Of a stretch of 64,000 bases of DNA, positions 1-26,849 are shown piece by piece. Each line of letters opens with the position of its first letter. Within the stretch, counting starts at the first letter, position 1. Made by a program: the position numbers and the translations under genes. The stretch is from NCBI GenBank assembly GCA_012295275.1, contig CM022671.1, forward strand, positions 21,452,001 to 21,516,000, read 5' to 3'. Under the pieces are notes generated by a model. The model saw only the letters and a program-made list of their open reading frames with translations. It was not told the origin of the DNA and made no database searches. The stretch is from Chrysomallon squamiferum (taxonomy: Eukaryota; Animalia; Mollusca).

Positions 1-1081
1 CTTAACCTCACCGATGCCAGTATTCTAATGATTTTGGCTACTTACTGATAAGCGTTAATAAAGTTATTACATTAATTAATTTTTTTCAACAAGATGAAAT
101 ATTTTACCTCACGATTCAGTCATCAAAAAAATAAAAAATAAATAAATTAAATTAAATAAAAAATAAAAAAGACAAACAAAACAAACGTGGATATCACATG
201 GTTTATGAAGCACTACTTTTATATGTCCCTGCTTACAGACATACTAGAAAAAGTAGTATTTTGATAAAACACCCTCAGAGAGTTGGCATGCTGATGAGGA
301 TTCATTGTGAGACTCACAGTCACACTGATTTCCAAAACATCCTGTAGTTCAGTGTTTAACAGTCACCGTGCTTGATGATACTGATAGGATCAAACATCTG
401 ATTTTATATATCAAGCCATTTGAAGGCCATAATATTGATGTGTACTTTCCTGTTGACTGAAAAGTGTTTATAAATCATGATCTGAAAGATCTTAAATTGC
501 TACTAATCAGTATTATTAGCACATCAGAGTGTACAGAGGTAGCATATAGTCACAATCATTCATATGATCTATCATTTCTTTTTTAAACATATATTTAACA
601 CTTCATTTTGTGAAGACCAAAACAAATTCATAAAACTATATTGAGATGCAAGTAAACAGCCATTCATTCAGTTTATTGCAAAGGTAATTTCAGCCAAATA
701 AAATGACTGAGAAAAAAGTGATCACAGTAACATTATACACAAATACCATCTTGGTGTGTTATGAAACAGATGTGAAATGATCATGCTCAATAAAAAATTA
801 ATAATGAAAATTGTAAATTACTTAGTAATCACACTCTAAATTTATTTTGTTATCATTGTTATATATCCATAACAAGATAAATAAGAAAAAAACAAAAAAA
901 TTATAACTGCAGTGTAATCACCCCAAATCTGTTGTGTTTTATAAAATATGCTGTTATTTAAAATTATTTGTTTATTTTATCCATGTCATTCACAATAATG
1001 GTGATTGTTTATTTAAAATAACATGAATCTTGAGGGGTTTATTATACATTTTATTGTGTGTTTTTTTTGTGTTTTTTTTAG

Positions 1082-3361
<2,280 letters not shown>

Positions 3362-4581
3362 GATTAATTGGAAATAAACTTGACAGTTGATAATTTATTT
3401 TGGTTTTTTTATTCAGTACAGTGTTGTTCGTGAAGGATTTCAGCATCTTTCAGATAGCTGACTTCATAATAATGCATTTTGAAATGTTAACAGATAAAAA
3501 GCTGCACATGTATATACATTCTGCAACAGATTACAGAGCTAAACTTCATCAACATCTTTGGTATTTTTGAACTGAAACATGGACAACATTTCTATTAAAT
3601 GGACATAATATGAAAATAATCATTTCATAATTATTTCTTATTTTAAAAAAGAATAATTATTATCTTCATGTAAAAATGTCTTTAAGACAATATTTCTATT
3701 TGTAGTGGTTACCAATTCCTGTCATTTTGTATTAAAATCATCTGATGTAATCCATTAAAATATGTTTGTATCATGTTCTGAATAAAATCTTTAAATAATA
3801 GTTTGGCTGTTTATTGTTTGTATTAATATATTTTAGGATATATATTTTCTTTTCTTTTTCCTTTTCCAATGTGTAATAAAAAAAAAAATAATAATACTTT
3901 TCTATACACTATTCTGTTAATTGCATTTTTGTAAGTTCATTATGTTGTAGGTATCACTGCATTTTATAGGAATATAAACAAACACTTTTTTTTTTCTTGT
4001 TTTAATGTAGGAGAAATGATTGGTACTATTTATGACTTCATTAATACATTCATTTAATTTAAAATAGATAAATATTTTCCTAATAAAGATTGTATAAAAC
4101 ATACATAAGAGTTGTTTCATCTTAGAATCAATCCTGGATCTTTTTGATATTAGACTTCTCCTGTCAGTGGGAAGATGTGAAAAACAACAACTCATCTTTT
4201 GGTTAAGAGTAGTCTGGCAGTTGAGTTCATCTCTAAATGTGTAAGATATTGGAAACTGATTAAGTAGGAACAACAAATTTATTTCAGTCTATTCTTTACA
4301 AAAATAAATATATTCTCAAGGCAGTAGAATCCTATTAGTATAATTTGAACTGAATTTTTTTTTTATTTTTTTTTTTTAAGAAAAGAATATTGATACAGAT
4401 TAAGAATTATGTGAAGGAATATTAAACAATTTTATTTTATTTATTTATTTAATTATTATTATTATTATGTATTTCTTTTCTCTTTTTAATTTTTATTTGA
4501 CACGCGCATAGACACAAACACTGTGATTTCTGGTTTGAAGATACACTATCAGTTTTCTACGAATTTATTCATCCAGAGTGC

Positions 4582-4594
4582 AGTTTCACTTTTC
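4582..4594 (-). promoter_or_regulatory. IRF-E/ISRE consensus site upstream of the TBK1-like gene
   Basis: AGTTTCACTTTTC = GAAAAGTGAAACT on minus strand, matching IRF-E consensus G(A)AAA(G/C)(T/C)GAAA(G/C)(T/C); lies ~230 bp before a candidate non-coding first-exon donor CG|GTAAGA at ~4822. Confidence 0.45.
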
Positions 4595-6189
4595 GATGCG
4601 CTGTTTATATTTACCGAAATTAGTAACACTGGTGGTGTCCTCCAATCACAAGGAGGAATATACAAAAACAAAAACGAAATCTTAATATTGAGGAAGCTTA
4701 TACCAATTATAACTTTGGGGTACAATCTCTTTAATAAAATGAAACCATTATGGTTATATGTTGTGTGATTTTTGCAGTTAATTGTTTAATGAATGGAGGC
4801 TGACCAGAAAACTCTTATACGGTAAGATCATTAATATCTTTAGATTATTGTTCACCTTCAAAGTATAGATCCAAATTGATTGTATCATTGTTTATGTTTA
4901 AACTTTTACTTGACATAGGTTTGTAATACAATTTTAAAAATATTATTTTCAAAAACATTATATATCATTAGAAAGAGAAAACAATGCATATTAAAATGAC
5001 ACCAATATCTCTTTGATGGCACTGATATGAAAAATATTACAGAGAAATTGTGGTTCGTTTCTGTCATTTTGCAACATTATGAACATATATAATAATATAG
5101 TTTTAATCCAGTATACATGTATTATATATCAAAAAGAAGCTTCTGGTGATTTCTGAAGCTGTATAGTATTTTTAAGCAAGTTGCTAATACTCCTAAAATT
5201 TAATTAATTAATCTCACTATTTAATTCAAACGCACCTGATGTCTTACTTATGTAACTCTCAAAAACTCAATATAAATTAAAACGATATACAAAAGATTAT
5301 TTTTCAAGACTGATAAATTAAAGGGGCCTTTACATATTCAAGCATTTTGCTAACATTTATTTACTTTTTATTTATTTTTTTACCAGTTAATTATTACCAA
5401 AAATTAGTGTTAATTTGCCTTATGCATTCATTACATAGATTTAAAGTTTCATAAAAATCAAATCAGTGTGCATGAATTACATCTGAAAATAGAGTTTTTG
5501 ATAGGTTTATAAGCATCATACCACATATTCCTTGCATTATACAACATAAAAATACTTGATCACTCAATACAGTAAACGAAGCATCGAATTTGTAAGACAT
5601 CGGCTGTGGCCGTGTCATTTTCATTTGGGTCATTTGCTGTTAACACCACTCATTTTGGTATCCAAAAATAACTATCTGCTACCCTAAATATTTTTATGAA
5701 AATTTGGCAGACTATGAGAGAGAAATGCATAATTTGTAATTTGTATATGATTTGAACTTATTAAAGTCTCAAGTAAGATTTCTTTGGACACCTGACGAAC
5801 ATATTGCCAGTTGATTCGCTGTTGTTTGTCAAATTTAACATGGTCAAAAAAACGAAAACGGTGATAGAGCTGAATATATATACTATGTCATGATATATTA
5901 TGTAAAAATAATGACCAGAAAATCAAGTGAGGGAATCCTCTTCAGGGTAATCCTCTTCAGTTGGTGAACTTCAGCAGTGGCGTACATACGTTTTTTGTCA
6001 CATACCTCCTTGACATGTAACATGTTTACATTCTTTGTCATAATATCATTATACCCTACAGATGCTTCAACCAATGCCATAATTCTGCATAAAGAGATTA
6101 AGATAGTATGACATTCTGTTTTGTAAGCAGATCAAAGATTAAAAAATAATATTAATAATAATAATATAAAATAATGAAAAATTAAATTG

Positions 6190-6279
<90 letters not shown>

Positions 6280-6310
6280 TTATTATTATTTATTTATTTA
6301 TTTATTTATT
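6190..6310. repeat. (TTA)n microsatellite
   Basis: Long TAT/ATT trinucleotide run; similar runs at ~6915-7005, 8880-8965, 34865-34897, 43750-43787, 63240-63300. Confidence 0.95.
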
Positions 6311-6556
6311 ACTAAATAAATCCGAAAAATGAAATCAGAATTAAAAACAATTCCAGCATAGTCTTTCAGATTTTATTATCAGCAAGAATCTTTGATATAT
6401 ATACATCATTCCACGAGCATACTGAACCATGGCAAATTACAAGATATAAAGGCAAATTAAGCATTTATATAACATTAATACAAGTCTGTGATTAAACTTT
6501 ACACACTAATTAACTGTGATTAAATTATTAACATTTGTAAATGTGTGTCATTTCAG

Positions 6557-16842
<10,286 letters not shown>

Positions 16843-17115
16843 TGTATCACATATAAACTGAATGTACTGAATGTCATGTATAGCCTCTAGCTAATAACAA
16901 ATTCACTGGAGACCTGGCAGAAAACTGTACAAAAAAAAAATTGCCTAATTTGAACAGAAACTCCAGAAGACATGTAAGATTAAGAGAATTAACTGATTTT
17001 GGCATGCATGAAAATAAACAAATTAAAGGGTGGACACTAATCAGATGGCATAGATAACAAGATGGACAAGTGTATAAATACGCATAAATATGTATAAATA
17101 CCGAAAATATGTCAA

Positions 17116-17355
17116 TTGAAAATGCAATGGCCAGAGTTAGTGGTGGTCCTTGGGAAATCTAGACATTCCTCAGAGACAGTAGAAAGAGCAAACAGTGACG
17201 TGCTTGTTTGTCCAATAACAATACAACTGAATGGACTGTTGGGCTCAGATTTGTTCAGTTTCAGAAGAACGCCAGTGTTCACAGTGGAATTAAGTGCTAC
17301 CGCCAGGCAGTCAGAGGATAAATTACTTACAGCAATTACTAAATTTCAGGAATTA
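17116..17355 (+). mobile_element. Decayed KRBA2/SCAND3-like (Ginger-type) integrase fragment in kinase 3' region
   Basis: ORF reads WPELVVVLGKSRHSSETVERANSDV, resembling the integrase motif WPxLxxVHGKPRHSQSQGSVERAN; a shifted frame gives WTVGLRFVQFQKN; the DNA (atggactgttgggctcagatttgttcagttt) resembles the minus-strand copy near 37790-37820. Confidence 0.7.
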
Positions 17356-17841
17356 AAAACACAAGCACACGCACACGCACACGCAAATTCACACTCACAC
17401 TTACACATATACAAACATATTTATATTAATTATATTCATATGATGAAATTAAGAAAGTAACTAAAAAAATGAATATCCCACTGTAAATAGTGCCAAAACA
17501 TTTTACTGTTATTTTCATGGTGTAAAACATAATGAAATACGAAACAGTTATTGAATACATTTTTTTAATTATTATTTATTTTATTTGATGTGTTAAATAG
17601 CATTTTTAATTTGTACATTGAAGACTTCGTATTATCTTAGTAGATGTATTGTGATATTTATCTCTATCACACACACAATATAATAAGATCATGCACTACC
17701 AGATCAATGGTTATGTATTTTTTAGATGCATCTGTGATAATTAAAACAACTTGTAAAATTTCAAATTTATTTTATATAATTGTATGAATTTATACACATA
17801 TTTAGAAACAAGTGTACGTATAGTTAAATAATATGTATGTA

Positions 17842-18097
17842 ATAGATGAATGTATAAATTAATAAGAATCAATTAACTGGTGATCGGGTGATATTTTGAT
17901 AAACAATTATGAATTACATGAACCAAGCTGCATGAAAAGCATGCGTTTTGTTATAGATGAATGTATAAATTAATAATAATCAGTTAACTGTTGATCAGGT
18001 GACAGTATGATTTATTCTGAATTACTCTGGAAAAGTAAAAAAAAAAAAAATAATAATAATGAATTACATGAACCAAACTGGTTGAAAAGCTTGCGTC
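17842..18097. repeat. Imperfect ~110-bp tandem duplication
   Basis: atagatgaatgtataaattaataa..aatca.ttaactg.tgatc.ggtga at ~17842 and ~17953; atgaattacatgaaccaa.ctg..tgaaaagc.tgcg at ~17909 and ~18059. Confidence 0.8.
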
Positions 18098-20665
18098 AGT
18101 ATAAGCACACAAATAAAGCTGAAGGCACCATTGTTTTGAATTTTGTTAACTGTCAAATTATTTGATACCTCCGTGATGGTTTCATGAAAGTTTTGTTGTT
18201 TCTCTGAAGCTGGATTCTAAATGAACTCTGTATTGGTAAGATACGCCAAGCAGACTACAGACTGAAATATAGTATCAGAGAAATCCGTCATCCTTATTCT
18301 GATTCAAATATTTATAAAATTGTTACTGCATTAAACTCTCCACCATTTTCATTAGCTTCAGCTGTACTCAGTGTGCGACTGTCTTGAAATATTTTCAAAC
18401 AGAGTTGGAACATGGAATAACGACTTTTGTCATTCGCAGTATCAAAATAAATATCTATCACAAAATCGTCAGAATTCGTTTTAGAAACGCCCTAATGAAT
18501 TAAGTTATTTTAATTTGCAGTTGAAATCGTCAGTACTTCCTTATATCTTTTTTTTAGGAGGGGGTGTCTGTTTTATTTTTGTTTGCTCGATTGTTTGTTT
18601 TTTTGTTGTTGTTTTTCTTGGAACAGTTCTGACGGCAAGAATTAGATATGTAGCCTGTTTCAAAACAAATTGTTTCATGTTTATGTAAAACAGTTAAAAT
18701 AATGTATGACTAATAAAACGCTTTAGAAAATCTTACAAAATAACTGACATCGTTCGACAAACTTTATTACTTAATCTAATACAACATTTGAGATTTTATC
18801 AGTTCACATCGTAAATTTGTTTAATACGACCGCCTGTGAACGACCTGTTCCAGGGATATACTGATATATCCGTAGACAAACTACGACATATGTCATCAGA
18901 ATTTAACACCTAATTTCAGAGTGGACGTTGAGACCAAAACAGCAAATTTCGTGATTTCACATTCCCTGTGATTATCAGTGCTACCTCATCCAGTATGAAT
19001 ATCATTTTGTGTTTGGGAATAGAAAATTAAATTGTCTGTTGTATGTGAAGCACTAAGTTTGACAGGGAAGTTGTTTATAACTGTGTCTTAATTAAGTGTC
19101 CTAAAGTGCAGTTGAATGAAGAGAAGCAAATTATACTAAATAGTATTTGCATATGTTTGGCTTGCGTATTGCAGTGTCTTTTGTTTTATAGCTTATATCA
19201 TAATTTTATGTAATTCTGTTATATATATATATATAAATATATACACACATATTGTGTACAAAAATTGTATAATAAACGTTTTCAGTATGTGTAATATCTT
19301 TTTTATCCGAAATATAGTTTCGTAACATTTAACATGTTTTAGGAATTTTTATTGAGTGTGTATTACATTATATTAAAAGTATTTTAAAACAGTTCGTTAT
19401 TTTGTTTACTATGAACGACTTTGGTGTGTTTGTGTCTTGTATCAATGCTAAGAAATTGTATTTAAGTATAAAAAGTATAAAGTTTTACAACAACTGTACG
19501 TAATTATTTCTTCAGTAAGGAGTAATTGAAATGCAAGCAATTACTACTTCCACCATTGTTACCACTATACCAAAATTGCTATTGCCATCGCTATTACTGC
19601 TATAACTATTACTACTGCAGTTCCTGGAAGAAAAGAGATCGTGAGATCGTATGGCCATGAACTTGATTAAGCACATGAAAATAAATGCATACGCCTGTAG
19701 ATATATATACATAACACACAAATACACAACTACAGCTGTCACCTATATTTCTCACCTGCCCAGGAATTAACATCCGTGTTTTAATAGTCAACTGCTGTAT
19801 TCGATATTGATTGCGTACAATGCTGAAGATGACATTCGGAGAAGTAAATTGAACAGTATAGACAGCTCATAGACAGTTTTTAAAATCACGGCTCATAATC
19901 CGAAAAGAAGAAGAATCCGTGATTACAGCAAGTTTAAGTATGTTTTATTTTTATTTTATTCGTGTGAACGTTCAGTGCATGGCATTTTTCAATAATCTTC
20001 TGATAAAAGATTGTTTTGGTGCGTGTTATGTCTGTGTGTGCGTACATTATCGTTTTTATAATGAATGAAACACACACAATTGTTCAAACTTTAGATGTTT
20101 AAAAAAAAAAATGTAATCGCAAATCGTAGAAAATGATGAAGGCGAATATAAGGAACAAGACAAATATCACAGTGTTGACGAATATGATGAATATCAATAT
20201 GGCAAATACATCGACGAAACCGTATCAGAAAATAAGAATAACTGATCAGAAACACAACTCTGTATGTGTGTATATATACAACTCATTTATGAAAAATATA
20301 TGTTTTGTGATGAACATAATTGTATATTAAATTAACAAATCAATTACAAATTAATCAAGATGTGAATAATGCTTATGTTATTCATTATCGTAATATTCTG
20401 TTATACATTTATTTATTTATAAACAATAACTGGATTATAAAAGAAATACATGTATATGTATGTATGTTTGTATATAGGTGTTTATCTATTTATTACATCT
20501 CTAGATTATAAAAGAAATACACGCACATATGTGTGTGTATTTATCTATTTATTAAATTTTTGTTTTATAACAATATTGTATATTCATTTATAATGCATGA
20601 TTTTTATTTCTTCTTCTGTAATGCCTCTAAATATTAAATAAATAAATAAATTTAAAATGTGTATT

Positions 20666-20744
<79 letters not shown>

Positions 20745-20859
20745 GTGTGTGTGTGTGTGTATTTCGCAATCTGTTTCTGCTATTTCATTGTTGTTGCTAT
20801 TGTTTTTTTCCATCCTATTTCACTCCAGCAATTATAAATAATAGTGATACCAAAAGTCA

Positions 20860-21246
20860 ATGGAGAAATATACAGCTACCTCAAGTTTGTTGTCTTTTCT
20901 ACTCTGCGTGTCTCTTCTAAACTCTGAGTGTGTTCAGTACCAAACGGTTACTACAAAATCTGGTTCTTTGAAAGGTGTCAGAACATCCGAGTATGTAGAA
21001 TTCCTGGGCATTCCATTTGCCACGGCAGAGAGGTACGTATGTAGCTTTAGGTACTTCTTTATTCCTTTCTTCTTCTTACTTTCTTTCTTTCTTACAGCTG
21101 TCACATCTCTTGATTCGTTTCCTCTTCCCTCTCTCTGTACCTCTTTCTCCCTTTTTCACTGTCTCTCTATTTACAACACACATGTACATATGCACGTACA
21201 CATTTTTTGATTGTAACTCTTTTAATGATACAGTTTCTATTTTTAT

Positions 21247-21278
<32 letters not shown>

Positions 21279-21492
21279 TTATTGTGATTATGATTTTTAT
21301 TGTCATTATTATTATTTTATTATTATCATTATCATCATCATAGTATTCAGTTAAATTACTATAATTAACAAGTTCTTAATGGATAAATAATTGATATTAT
21401 TCATGTTGTTTTTAATACTAATCTTCATTATTTTTAAATATATTACTTTTAAATATTTTGTTTTGAGTGTGCCTGTGTGTGCCTGTGTGTGG

Positions 21493-21532
<40 letters not shown>

Positions 21533-24500
21533 ACGTATGTATCTGTATATACAAGTCTGTATCTTTTTTCTGTATATTTTGGAAGATTTCCTTTTGATAT
21601 AATCTAATAATTAATTCAGTAGATGTTTGGAATCTTTGACGAAGTTGTGCAGATATGTTGAGGATTTTGCTACATCAGTTGCCTGTTAATGAGAAACGAT
21701 TACCATCTCTGAGTATTAATTTACATCTGTCGCTAATGGTGTATTCAGTCGATTAAACACGAATAACATGAATGAACATTTCCTCAGCTGTATTCTTTAA
21801 AAGAGAGAGACGGACAGATTGACAGAGCGATAATTAGTGTAGCAGAATACAGAATCAGTTTCACTTCTTAAATATTAAAAATTTACCATAACCTTCGGAT
21901 CGTTAAACTGAAATTATGATAGCAATCGTTATGACGCTATAATAACTTTTTTTTATCAAAAAAAATAGTAACAGCTAGACAATAAAATTAAGTCTTTTAT
22001 TAATAAGCTTCATGGTAAAATCTATTACAGTTCCGTTCCCTTGTTAATAGTATATATCTGTTGTGTGTGCGTGTGCGTGTGCGCGTGCGTGTGTATGTGT
22101 ATATTTATTTATTTTATTTATTTATTTTTTTTTTTTTCAAGGTTTTCTGATCCGCAAAAAATTCAAAAATGGTCTGGCATTCGATCAGCAACAACAACTG
22201 GTCCTATGTGCTATCAAAATTGTGGCGCCATTGCAAAATATATCTGCCAAGAAAGAGTACGTATTTATTTTAAGTAAAACAAGTACTCAACCAGACTAAA
22301 GATATAAAATGCCCGTTCTGACAGTTTGAACGAAAAATATTGATTGTTAGTGCGATTGATGATTAATATGAAAGTGGTAAAAATAGCAAAAGCTTTTAAA
22401 CAATCTCACTGAAAACAACTAGATTTGTCTCCAGTTCACAGATAAAAATATGCACGCACGCGCGCACAGACACAGTGGATATTCAATTCATATACGGATT
22501 ATTAACACAGAATGTCCGTTTCGAAGAGGCTGATATTTTCTAAAATCTAAATGCTTATTTAGTAGTAAACTTTCACTCGTCAACAAATTATTTCTGGAGG
22601 ATTTTGGCCAGTAGTTTTATTGTGCCACGTGTATTACATTTATAATTATATACGATAAATTAAAATAAGAATACATGTATTTACTAATTTATTAATTTAC
22701 GATTGACACATGTGTGAAGGGAGGGTGGGTAAGCAAGTTGATCTCGTGAGACCGATAGATTGGTATAATATATAAACGTAATATATATATCACTGTCTAA
22801 GGAATAAACAAACAAGACGTGGTTTCCAGTTAAAGGTCTTTAATATTAGGGAATCCCTGATATAGCAATATTAACATATACAATGTGGTAACTCTGGCGT
22901 CTCCCAGGAGGACAAACTGACCAGATTCATAAAACAAATTATAATAAAAATTCTACAGTTGCAAAACTGAAATTCAAACCAATACAAAAACCCTGATGTT
23001 TAGATAAAAAGAAAATAATTACATACGAATATATTCAACAAAGGTATAATCAAATAAATAATTTTATATACAGATCAAAACATTCAAATCTGAGGAGAAG
23101 TCGGTTAAATGCATTTTGATATTAATATCAACAGTTAAAGTTCATTCACTCTTAATTAATATCAGTTTCACCCCATCTCATGTAATCTTTAACAAAAGCA
23201 ATTAACTTTAGCAGGCATTCTGTTCTCTTTAGCAAGAAAACATTAATCTCTAGCTAACACCACATTAATGGATACGATTTCATGTTTATCAGTTTCTGGC
23301 ACTTGGAGACCTGACCAGAGCCGGATTAAGCAACTGTGGGGTCCTAAGCAAAACATAGCATAGACCTCTACTACTGGCTAGTTACAAAAGTAAACGCTCC
23401 CCCCGATCAGCCCACGCGCACTCTTACCATATCTTTACACACAACATAAACACATTTTAATGTTGGAACAAACAGTCAGATATATTATCGAAACAAAAAG
23501 AATCTCGCCAACAGTTAAAAATCAGTGTAAATGCCATTAAACTATAATGGAACTTCATGCATGCCCCGAAAACGTGAAGGCCAATAGACAAGTATGATTC
23601 AGGCTCAGATTAAGTAATATATCGCGCCTTCGCAAATTTTATATGAGCAAAGTATATATATAAAACAAAAATTATATGAGCAAAGTCTTTTATAATGGAA
23701 GCAGTGTCAACCGTTTTCAACAACTCGCATTCGATACTCAACAATGTCAGCATATTTAAACATTTTCCTCCCATCTTCGTTCGTTTGCTTTGTTTTATGC
23801 GGCGCAGTTTGGAAAACGAACGCTCCCCCGTGCAGGTTGTAACCTTCAAACACAAATACATGCATAGCATTATTTCAATATAAGGAAAACATGACTGCAT
23901 GATGTGATCTCTGATGAGACGGTACATGAACAGCTCCAATGTCTCGCCGCCTGTCATCGCCGTGTTGTCCTGATCAACAGCTGCAGCATCTGACTGAGAA
24001 GCACTCGGATCAGTTGCATAGTCCGCTTGCCAAACTCAGTGTTGAGAAGTGCCACGAAAACGTTCGTTCTCCAGACTGGCCTCCAAATCATTTGGATACT
24101 TGTTAATGAGAACCATTGCTGATTTTGAGGGTTTCTCCTCGGACATCGACCCTAAATTTCTCAAGAAGCCAAACTTGTTACTGATTTCCTCTTACGATTG
24201 TAAACGTTTCTTCAGTGTATTTGCGACAAAGCAACTAGTGAATTAGTTTGTGGTCCACTGGCTAACGAGGAAAGACAATTTCAACAACAAAACCGTTCAA
24301 AAACGTATCTCTACACAAAAAAAATACCAAAGTCTATAGTCCAAATCGTGATACCCAGCATTTTTATTTTTTAAAAAAAAAAAAAAAAAAACGAAAAAAA
24401 AGAAGGAATAAAGGTGACACGCGGGGCCCGTATCAATTGCTACGCTGTTAATCTGGCACTGTACCTGACATGCTAATACCAATACCATACTAATCTGTCT

Positions 24501-25401
24501 ATAATCATTTCTACCACATATGTTAACTAGAACTAATTACATTAAATAAAAATCCTTTATGCATATATACATGAACTTTCTGTACTTGTTATTTAAATTT
24601 GGTTATATTGATAACATAAATGTCACATCAGTCAGACATTCAAAGAAAAGAGTAACTGTTATGATAAATTAACAATTACACATAAATATAAAACATATGC
24701 AGTATTCTAGGTAGTGATGTCAGTACCACTTACCCCACACGACCAGTGTCGCCACCTGAACAGAAATAATATGTATCAGCCGTGTTTGCTGAGAAAATAG
24801 TGTATCAGTCATTTTTATTTTTAAATATATTTTCATGTGATAACTAATACAGATCCCATTAAATTATTATAAATTGTAACCACTGTTAATTAAAGTTATG
24901 CCAAGACATTTAAAAAAAAGTGTCTCTAGCGCATTCAAAATAAATGAAAGTCCACAAGTAAAATATAAATATCTTATATTATTTTAGAGAAAAGAAACAA
25001 TGGCTATTATTTCTCTATTCTACACCTGCTTACACGTACAAACGTACACATAACATGTTAAATATATTATTTATTTTTAACAGATGTCCGAAGATTGTTT
25101 GTATCTGAACATTTACAAACCTTTGTCAAACTCGGGCAGGCCGTATGCTGTGATGGTGTTTATTCATGGTGGGAATTTTGAATCTTACAGCGGTGGATCC
25201 AAGCTCTTTCTGGCAACAATATTCGCGACAAAAGGGAATGTAATTTTAGTAACAATCAACTACAGATTAGGTATCTTATTTACAACTTTGTTTGTAAGCG
25301 ATGATTTTTTTTTCTTCTTCTTCTTCTTTATGTTACGTTTTAATGTCATCTACGGTAAATGTAATATATACACTTATTCGTGTGTGCATACGTGCAGAAT
25401 T

Positions 25402-25469
<68 letters not shown>

Positions 25470-26849
25470 TATTTTATTTAATATTTAATTGGTAACAAAC
25501 ATTTTTATTCTTTAAAAGGACCTTTTGGATTTTTTGCCTTCGTGCAAAATAATGAGATGTCCGGAAACTTTGGACTGAAGGATCAACAACTAGCATTGGA
25601 ATGGATTTACGAAAATATTGTGTATTTTGGTGGATCGAAACATAAGGTAATTTGAATACTTTGTTCTTATTTACACACATACCATATCTACATCGTGTGC
25701 TTCGGTACATGAATATGCACGGTTGGCTTAAATATGGATTTTGAGAAGACACATTTTTAACAGATTACAGCCAGAAAGCACTTTTTTTCTTCTTTTTTTT
25801 TTCTTTTTCTTTTTTTTGTAAGTTCTCCAAAGGTAAAAATTTCTTTTTGGCTTCATTTATCATTTCAGATTACTCTATTCGGACAAAGTGCAGGTGCCCA
25901 GTCCGTGGGTCTTCACTTGCTTTCGCCTTCTACCAACACATTATTTAAGCATGCCATTCTGCAGAGCTGCCCAATCACCATACCATTTAAAAATATGGAA
26001 GAAGCAGGAGCACAAGTTGCTCATTTCTCTAACCATATCGGTTGTGCGCCTAACGATATGAACTGCTACCGAACGAAATCTGCAAAAGAAATTTTAGAAG
26101 CAGCCACCAACTCAACCAAAACTATTTCCACGAATTTCCTGGTAAAATTCCAGCCATACGGTCCGGTCATGGACGGGAACCACATACCCAGGAATTTGCT
26201 AGACGATTTACTGAACAGCTCAGCACCGAACAAAAACGTCATAATCGGAACCAATACAAAAGAAGGCGCCATGTATGCCGCTAGTATTCTTCCCGTTGAC
26301 ATGCCCATTGAACTAGGACTTGAAATGCTGAAATTAGGTTCGCCCTTACTGGCAAAAGTAATTGAAGGAATAGAAATCCATACACAAAGCTCAAAGCAAT
26401 TCTTGGGCGACTTGATTACCAGCTACATATTTTATTGTTCCAGTCGTCGTTTTGCAGACATTCTAAACGAACGTCACGTGAAGGTGTGGTTTTACATATT
26501 TGGGCAACCAATGGGATTCCAGGCTTTGGAATATCAGTCTGAATGCACAGACGGAGCATGTCATGGTGGTGAACTGCCCTTTCTATTTGACACACCTGTA
26601 CATTACGGCTTCGACGTCCCATTAGCCGACAGAGAGCTGTCCGTGAAAATGATAGAATACTGGACCAACTTTGCGAAACATGGAACTCCGAACGGCAACA
26701 ATCTGCACTGGCCAACATACGTTTACAACAATGGAACCGACGCTTACGTTTTATATTTTGAAACGCAAAATATAATTGTTAAAGAAGTTGGCAGGAATAA
26801 CATATGCGAGCATTTTGATAAAATTGGTTACCATTTTACTAGAATATAA
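20860..26849 (+). CDS. Secreted type-B carboxylesterase / cholinesterase-fold hydrolase
   Basis: Exons 20860-21032, 22142-22256, 25084-25270, 25519-25646, 25869-26849; N-terminal signal-like peptide, [39 protein letters not shown], catalytic GQSAG, TNTKEG (Glu), ACHGGEL (His), [12 protein letters not shown]. Confidence 0.93.
23316..24461 (-). mobile_element. Internally deleted hAT DNA transposon in carboxylesterase intron 2
   Basis: TIRs CAGAGCCGGATTAA / CAGTGCCAGATTAA (reverse complement); flanks GACCTGAC (23308-23315) and TACCTGAC (24462-24469), 7/8 TSD; minus ORF 23610-23957 has hAT C-terminal dimerisation motif [16 protein letters not shown]...[10 protein letters not shown]...IIKDFA. Confidence 0.9.

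Noticed and set aside
3917-6080. Short ORFs 3917-4276, 4523-4768, 5898-6080
   Set aside because: No recognisable motifs or consistent exon structure; possibly decayed repeats.
21857-21869. ISRE-like AGTTTCACTTC in esterase intron 1
   Set aside because: Partial match in a non-promoter position; expected by chance.
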